From an uncultured Candidatus Saccharibacteria bacterium (GTDB taxonomy: Bacteria > Patescibacteriota > Doudnabacteria > UBA920): a stretch of 64,000 bases of DNA. The notes under the pieces were generated by a model. The model made no database searches. It was not told where the DNA came from and was given only the letters and a program-made list of their open reading frames with translations. The DNA lies in NCBI GenBank assembly GCA_964612745.1, contig CAZTCH010000002.1, positions 1,009 to 65,008 on the forward strand, given 5' to 3'. The translations under genes were made by a program, and so were the position numbers. Of the stretch, positions 59,006 through 64,000 are shown in pieces. Numbering within the stretch: position 1 is the first letter of the stretch; every line of letters begins with the position of its first letter.

Positions 59006-60541
59006 TCACTCAACCAACTCGCCACCAAAAATCTTCAGCGCATCACCCAATACTTCGGCAACCGGCACATCAGCCTCTTCACGTTCAACAAAGGTAGCAC
59101 CCACGCGCACTGCAGTCCCAAAAATCGCCTGCGCTACTTCCGCAATCATCAAGCGGTTTTTTGCTGACTCTAACCGCTCTTTATGAAAGAGATACTTCAC
59201 ACCCAGGACAATCAAATCTCCTTCCACAGATACTATAGGCGAATCTTTAATAAGCGTAGCCAACGGTCCATTTATATCTTTTAGCTTGTCACAAACCTCT
59301 GGCCAGCGTTCACGCACGACACTTTCTTGCAGTGCAGTAGCACCAACTGTAGGCACAGGCACCTCCGCGACAATGTGTGCTACTGGTGGAGCAGTAACTG
59401 GCGGTACGGGTGGCGCTTCTCTCTTTGGCTCAATCTTGAATGGCGCCCCAGTATCTGTAGAAGCTACCGATGGTGCTACAGGAGCAGCTTTCGCAACCGC
59501 TTGCACTGGAGTAAATTTGACTGTTGCTTCAAGAGCCGCAACAAGGAGCGGCAGTGTAGGATCAGGCGTAGCTGCTAATTCTTTGTACGATCGCATGAAC
59601 TGACGCAGTAAAAAGAGCAGTTCGGGCTCAGAAAACTCTCCTCCCCCACCACGCAAACGTGTTTCCAGCAACTCCCGAATATACAAAAGCAAGTCTCTGT
59701 TTACCGCTACCATATCAAAATAGCGCGTGCTCAGCGTGTCGAAAAATGGAGGCAGTGCTTCTCCAGTACCCGCACGAATAATCCGCAAGAGCTCCTGAAA
59801 CACACTACTGTCAGTTACGCCAAGTAATCGAGCTACTTCATCCGCTGTTGGGCTCGTACCCAAAGACAACACCTGATCGAGCAACGTCAATGCATCGCGC
59901 ATGCCGCCTGCTGCTGCAAGAGCAATAAGATTCAAAGCTTCGGTAGGCAACTGTTTCTTTTCTGCATCCAACACAAACTGCACCTGTGCAACTAATTCTG
60001 CAGTGGAAAATTTTAAGAAATCAAAACGCTGCGCTCTAGAACTAATTGTGGCAGGCACTTTACCAATTTCTGTTGTGGCCAGAACAAATATAGTTCGCTC
60101 CGGAGGCTCTTCTAAAGTTTTCAAAAGTGCATTCCACGCCCCACGAGATAACATGTGCGCTTCATCTATAATATAGACTTTATAGCGCCCCATAGTAGGC
60201 TGGTAACGTACCGTTTCAATCAGTGCTCGAATGTTATCTACACCGGTATTAGATGCAGCGTCCACCTCCACTAAATCCAAAAAGGTACCCGCATCAAGAT
60301 GCGCGCACACAGCACAAGACAAACACGCTTCACCCGTCGTACCCTGCTGACAGTTCAATGCACGAGCAAGCACGCGAGCAAGAGTAGTTTTACCCAACCC
60401 TCTACTTCCACAAAAAAGATACGCGTGTGCAGGAGCTTCTGCCACTACTGCATTACGCAATGTTTGGACAATATGCGGCTGGCCTACCACCTCAGAAAAC
60501 CGCCGAGGTCTATATGTTCGGTACAATGCAGGCATACGCAA
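59006..60541 (-). CDS. dnaX: DNA polymerase III subunit gamma/tau
   Basis: Walker A GSRGLGKTT, zinc module CLSCAVC, DEAH-like IIDEAHML. Confidence 0.8.
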   Translation of the reverse strand: MRMPALYRTYRPRRFSEVVGQPHIVQTLRNAVVAEAPAHAYLFCGSRGLGKTTLARVLARALNCQQGTTGEACLSCAVCAHLDAGTFLDLVEVDAASNTGVDNIRALIETVRYQPTMGRYKVYIIDEAHMLSRGAWNALLKTLEEPPERTIFVLATTEIGKVPATISSRAQRFDFLKFSTAELVAQVQFVLDAEKKQLPTEALNLIALAAAGGMRDALTLLDQVLSLGTSPTADEVARLLGVTDSSVFQELLRIIRAGTGEALPPFFDTLSTRYFDMVAVNRDLLLYIRELLETRLRGGGGEFSEPELLFLLRQFMRSYKELAATPDPTLPLLVAALEATVKFTPVQAVAKAAPVAPSVASTDTGAPFKIEPKREAPPVPPVTAPPVAHIVAEVPVPTVGATALQESVVRERWPEVCDKLKDINGPLATLIKDSPIVSVEGDLIVLGVKYLFHKERLESAKNRLMIAEVAQAIFGTAVRVGATFVEREEADVPVAEVLGDALKIFGGELVE

Positions 60542-60684
60542 AAAAGTAATTTAAAACCAAGAAATACGAGCTGTTTTTCTCTACCCACCAACCAGTAACA
60601 AGCCGGACTGCCCAATAAAACAGCAAGCACCCTCCACAGCACAGTATATCATATTGCCCACACCCCTACCCACACACGTGGTTT

Positions 60685-61374
60685 TTAGCGCTTGAACACG
60701 AAGAACTTATACCCTGCAAAATTCCACACAAGTGAGATAAACACCGCCGCAAATTTTGCTATATTTTTTGCTAAAGAAGCAGAAAAATCAGGCATCAACC
60801 AAAGCAAGACAGAGGCAATTGCAAACAACGCAAGGCTGTTAATCACTACCCCAACGACGCTCACCAAAATAAATTTGGCAAACTGACCCATCTCAAAAGG
60901 AGCGCTTACCCCCGCAGTCTTATGGAACAAGCCTAAGTTGACTGCGAGAATCAATTGTAAGAACAAAAACCCTGCTAATACCACCCAGTAAAACTGCGTT
61001 GTATAGTTGAATGCAACCGGCACACCGTAGGACGCAAGTAATGGTGCGGCAGAAGGCAATACCGCTAAACAAAAAGTAACAAACCCAAGACCACCGACCA
61101 AGACCGCGCCAATAAACTGGTACACCAGAGAATGCATTTGCTGCGCCGCAAATGCCCAATACTTATTCCAGAGGTAACTTTGAATAATCGCGGCACATAC
61201 ACCAATAATATTTAGCACTGCAAGCTTTGGACCTGACTGCACTCCAAATGAGAGAGTGACTAAGTTTAGAAGCAAAAAATCTAATGCAGCGTTCATGGCA
61301 CCAATGCCTGCAAAACGCACAAGCTGAAACACAACTGGTCGACGGGTGAGCAACTGCTCAATCATTTGTAACAT
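60685..61374 (-). CDS. Tandem GtrA-like domain membrane protein
   Basis: Two units each with 4 TM helices and a NKYWAF / YKFFVFK terminal motif. Confidence 0.45.
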   Translation of the reverse strand: MLQMIEQLLTRRPVVFQLVRFAGIGAMNAALDFLLLNLVTLSFGVQSGPKLAVLNIIGVCAAIIQSYLWNKYWAFAAQQMHSLVYQFIGAVLVGGLGFVTFCLAVLPSAAPLLASYGVPVAFNYTTQFYWVVLAGFLFLQLILAVNLGLFHKTAGVSAPFEMGQFAKFILVSVVGVVINSLALFAIASVLLWLMPDFSASLAKNIAKFAAVFISLVWNFAGYKFFVFKR

Positions 61375-61473
61375 ACTATTTGTTTATAAATAAAAACAAG
61401 ATAACGCTCTAACAAACAGGAAAGAAAAAATCTAGCGTGTCGTTACATTGTTATCTTGAAATATATTGAAAGT

Positions 61474-62139
61474 TTAGAGTTCTTCCTCTTCAGGAAGTAC
61501 AGAGGCTGTAGCCGCTGGAGCTACTGCTCCATCGCTTGCGCTGTGACTTTCGTCAGAAGAGTCGGACTCGGAAATAAGTTCGTGTGGCTGTCCTTGCCCC
61601 TTCTTAATCACATTTTCAACTGCTGCCCACACCACTTGCGGGTTCGCTTCTGGGACAATAATGGTTACTTCGTCTCCAGGTTCTGCTTTGAAATAGGTCA
61701 GAGATGCCAAGAGCACTCGATATGGATGACCTTCTGCCAACACGCGAAAATCACCGCGCTCATCCTGCACCAAAATACCCATCATCTTACGGCGTTCGAT
61801 TGGACCAATTTGTTTGTATATAAACGATCCGTCATCGGCAATAGTCAGTTTGAGCACGTCACCTTCGACAAGTTTACTCTTTGAGGCATAGTTAGCAGGC
61901 ACTGGATATTGCTTGCCGTCTGGACCAAGCATGTTTTGCCCGTCAAAGACACCTTCGATTACTTTGCCGCCGCCACTCATAGATAGTGCTGCAGCTTTTG
62001 CTGCAATAAGATCTGCACTGGCTGCACGAACCGGCGCGCCACCTAAGACATCCCGCAACAATTGCTTTGCAGACTGCAGGTTCTTTTCCGCAGATTCAAT
62101 CATTTGGCTAAGTAAAGCCAAATTCTCTAACTTGTCCAT
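61474..62139 (-). CDS. Hypothetical protein (N-terminal coiled coil, acidic C-terminus)
   Basis: ORF only. Confidence 0.35.
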   Translation of the reverse strand: MDKLENLALLSQMIESAEKNLQSAKQLLRDVLGGAPVRAASADLIAAKAAALSMSGGGKVIEGVFDGQNMLGPDGKQYPVPANYASKSKLVEGDVLKLTIADDGSFIYKQIGPIERRKMMGILVQDERGDFRVLAEGHPYRVLLASLTYFKAEPGDEVTIIVPEANPQVVWAAVENVIKKGQGQPHELISESDSSDESHSASDGAVAPAATASVLPEEEEL

Positions 62140-62237
62140 ATCTTTTTATTTATGTTTCAACGAGTATTATAACAGTATATACAGTATATCACGTCTCATA
62201 ATAATGGCAAGTACAGAAAAACCGCTACCTAGTAGCA

Positions 62238-63620
62238 TCAATAATCCCTATACAAAGCACGCGCCCGAGCTTCATCCCCGCTTCCAACCAAATAGCTTTC
62301 TATTTCAGTCTGGTCCGCACCAGCATTTTCTCCGTAAAATAATGCTTTATTAAAACACTCTCTCGCTTTTTTCTCATTACCAATTTTCTGGTACATTTCC
62401 CCTGCTTGCCCGTAAAAATAAGCACCGTTTCTACCCTGTGCGTCACGCTCATAGCTTGCAGCAGCCAACGCGTATGCTGCGTTACCCAACTCAGACGCAC
62501 CTTCACCCATTAAGCTATCAGCAACAGACTCCCACTGTTCAGACCGAACTAAATCGGGAGATGCAAGATACGAATGGTATGTCTGCTTGCTCTTTTCCAA
62601 TCTATTTTCCATGGAAGCTAAGTATGTATGTTTAGCCTCTAAAGCTGCGATGGTTTTCTGATTAGCCAATAAAATTGGGCTACTTTGCACCCTCTTTTCT
62701 TCTCTGTGAATAACCTCTTCTGGTAAGTACATATAGGGTTTGTCTGCTTCTTCCCAAAAATCGGCACGTGCGTGCACTTTTTCCAATGGAATATTGTAAG
62801 CCTCAGCCTTCTCCAGCTCACCCTTTTGCGCATGGTACTCCCGCAAGCGCTGGTTCAGAGCAAAAACCTGCTCCCTACCCTTCTGAATTTTATCGTGAAT
62901 TGCACTACCGTCATAATGCACGCTCCCATCTACAAATCTGACCGTTTGTCCTTTAAACCCAAAAGACTCGTGAAACGGAGCAGAAGTGCCAGGGCTCAGT
63001 TGCGTATATCCCATCCCGCTTTCTATACTGCCAACCATCAGCTGTACTCGACCCCCAGCGCCAACTTGGAATGACCGCTCCACCGCGATTTCGTGGCACC
63101 GCAAACCAAGGCCTTTCAGTCCACGCCCTCGAGACTTCATCTCATCAACAAACACCCTCGGTCGCCTGTCGGGTACGACATCGCCATAATTCTTTTTTGG
63201 GTTCTCGACTATGCCCTCCTCAACCTTTATATCTCGGAGTTGCTCTAGCTTGCCCGTGTCCAAAACTTCCAACTCAATATAGGCGAGCTGCTCTCCTTCG
63301 GCGCTCACCAGCACAAATCTTGGTTGAATCCCTGAATACGGGTCAAATGTTACTGAAACTTTTTCTACCTGACCTGTTTCTTTCTGTATAACCGTAGTTT
63401 CTCCAACTTTTGGGCCAAAGGGACTACGCTCAACATACTCAGTCAAAAACTCTGGTTGAATACCAGAAAGTAGATCAGCAGAGTCAGGTGCCAATACAGG
63501 ACAGCCCTTATTGTGCCCGCCTAACTTTGGCCGAGAACAAAACAGACAAGCAGGTTCTGCTGTTTCTACAGTTTGACCGTAGTACTGGGAAATATCATAG
63601 CCACCTTCTCGCATGAGCAA
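62238..63620 (-). CDS. Hypothetical protein with C-terminal TPR-like repeats and N-terminal C..C....C cluster
   Basis: ORF only. Confidence 0.35.
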   Translation of the reverse strand: MLMREGGYDISQYYGQTVETAEPACLFCSRPKLGGHNKGCPVLAPDSADLLSGIQPEFLTEYVERSPFGPKVGETTVIQKETGQVEKVSVTFDPYSGIQPRFVLVSAEGEQLAYIELEVLDTGKLEQLRDIKVEEGIVENPKKNYGDVVPDRRPRVFVDEMKSRGRGLKGLGLRCHEIAVERSFQVGAGGRVQLMVGSIESGMGYTQLSPGTSAPFHESFGFKGQTVRFVDGSVHYDGSAIHDKIQKGREQVFALNQRLREYHAQKGELEKAEAYNIPLEKVHARADFWEEADKPYMYLPEEVIHREEKRVQSSPILLANQKTIAALEAKHTYLASMENRLEKSKQTYHSYLASPDLVRSEQWESVADSLMGEGASELGNAAYALAAASYERDAQGRNGAYFYGQAGEMYQKIGNEKKARECFNKALFYGENAGADQTEIESYLVGSGDEARARALYRDY

Positions 63621-63700
63621 ACAATTTAAAGAAAATCTAACTGATGCATACGCAGTATGAACACGCCTCTATTGCGAGTGCCTAGAAATTAACTCTATCC

Positions 63701-63982
63701 TTAGAGGCTTTTTTCTACTCCAGCCGAGCCTGCCGCAAGCATATCCGCTACCATACTGGTTTCTAAAATTTCTGCTTCTACTTGTGCTCGTGGTCTGCCG
63801 TGCTTGAGCCTGCTTAACTGCCGAATCGCTTCCGCAACTTCTTTCTGCCTGTCGGTTGGTTTCGGCAGCGCGTACGTTGCCATATTAAATGGCTTCGATG
63901 CAGTCCCATTGAGCATCAGTTTAATAAAGCCGTTAAACCGTTCTACATTCACTAAATCAAACTCGTTAAACGTCGGACTCAT
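63701..63982 (-). CDS. Hypothetical small protein
   Basis: 93-aa ORF. Confidence 0.3.
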   Translation of the reverse strand: MSPTFNEFDLVNVERFNGFIKLMLNGTASKPFNMATYALPKPTDRQKEVAEAIRQLSRLKHGRPRAQVEAEILETSMVADMLAAGSAGVEKSL

Positions 63983-64000
63983 TTCTTTGGCAATACTCTC

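Overview
Bacterial chromosomal window of about 49% GC, almost all coding on the minus strand, from a small-genome bacterium.

The housekeeping backbone is well supported. It contains the dcw start (mraZ-rsmH-ftsL-ftsI) and a two-component system. The largest block is a same-strand central-carbon cluster: gpmI, pgk, gap, fba, pfkB, a transketolase split into C and N halves, rpe, rpiB, tpiA and galT. It also carries ruvX, htrA, dnaX, recJ, rnhA, mreB and dinB. The split transketolase, a PEGA-domain protein and many tiny DUF proteins hint at a Patescibacteria/CPR-like lineage. That placement is inference only.

The stand-out feature is an accessory array at about 8.9-19.2 kb. Eleven copies of a conserved 22-26 bp repeat (TTGGTTACGAAGGTGACCATGGTAAC) sit exactly at the 3' ends of consecutive, mostly single-gene, co-oriented units. 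Accompanying these is a family of hairpins with a conserved loop (TTCACGGCCGTGAA) and covarying stems. The array ends beside a tRNA-Gln(CUG). This looks like an integron-like, integrase-less gene-cassette array. Its cargo is typical cassette-type: GAF, PAS, hemerythrin, NUDIX, VOC, AlkD-like, a histidine phosphatase, MurI and a Ddl-like ligase.

The intergenic space is also unusually repeat-rich. It holds a MITE-like family with a 21-bp perfect inverted-repeat hairpin (GATGGGCATCTTCTCACA) and a ~125-bp inverted duplicate 29 kb apart. It also carries a GGCGTGAAGACCTTAAGAC motif family, 24-bp perfect direct repeats bracketing a 1.5-kb segment, and degenerate micro-tandem word repeats upstream of genes. 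A cluster of DnaA-box-like motifs (two perfect TTATCCACA) lies between mraZ and trmH. An ORF-free, terminator-bounded 490-bp unit there is a candidate structured ncRNA.

No CRISPR array, rRNA, integrase or transposase was recognised.
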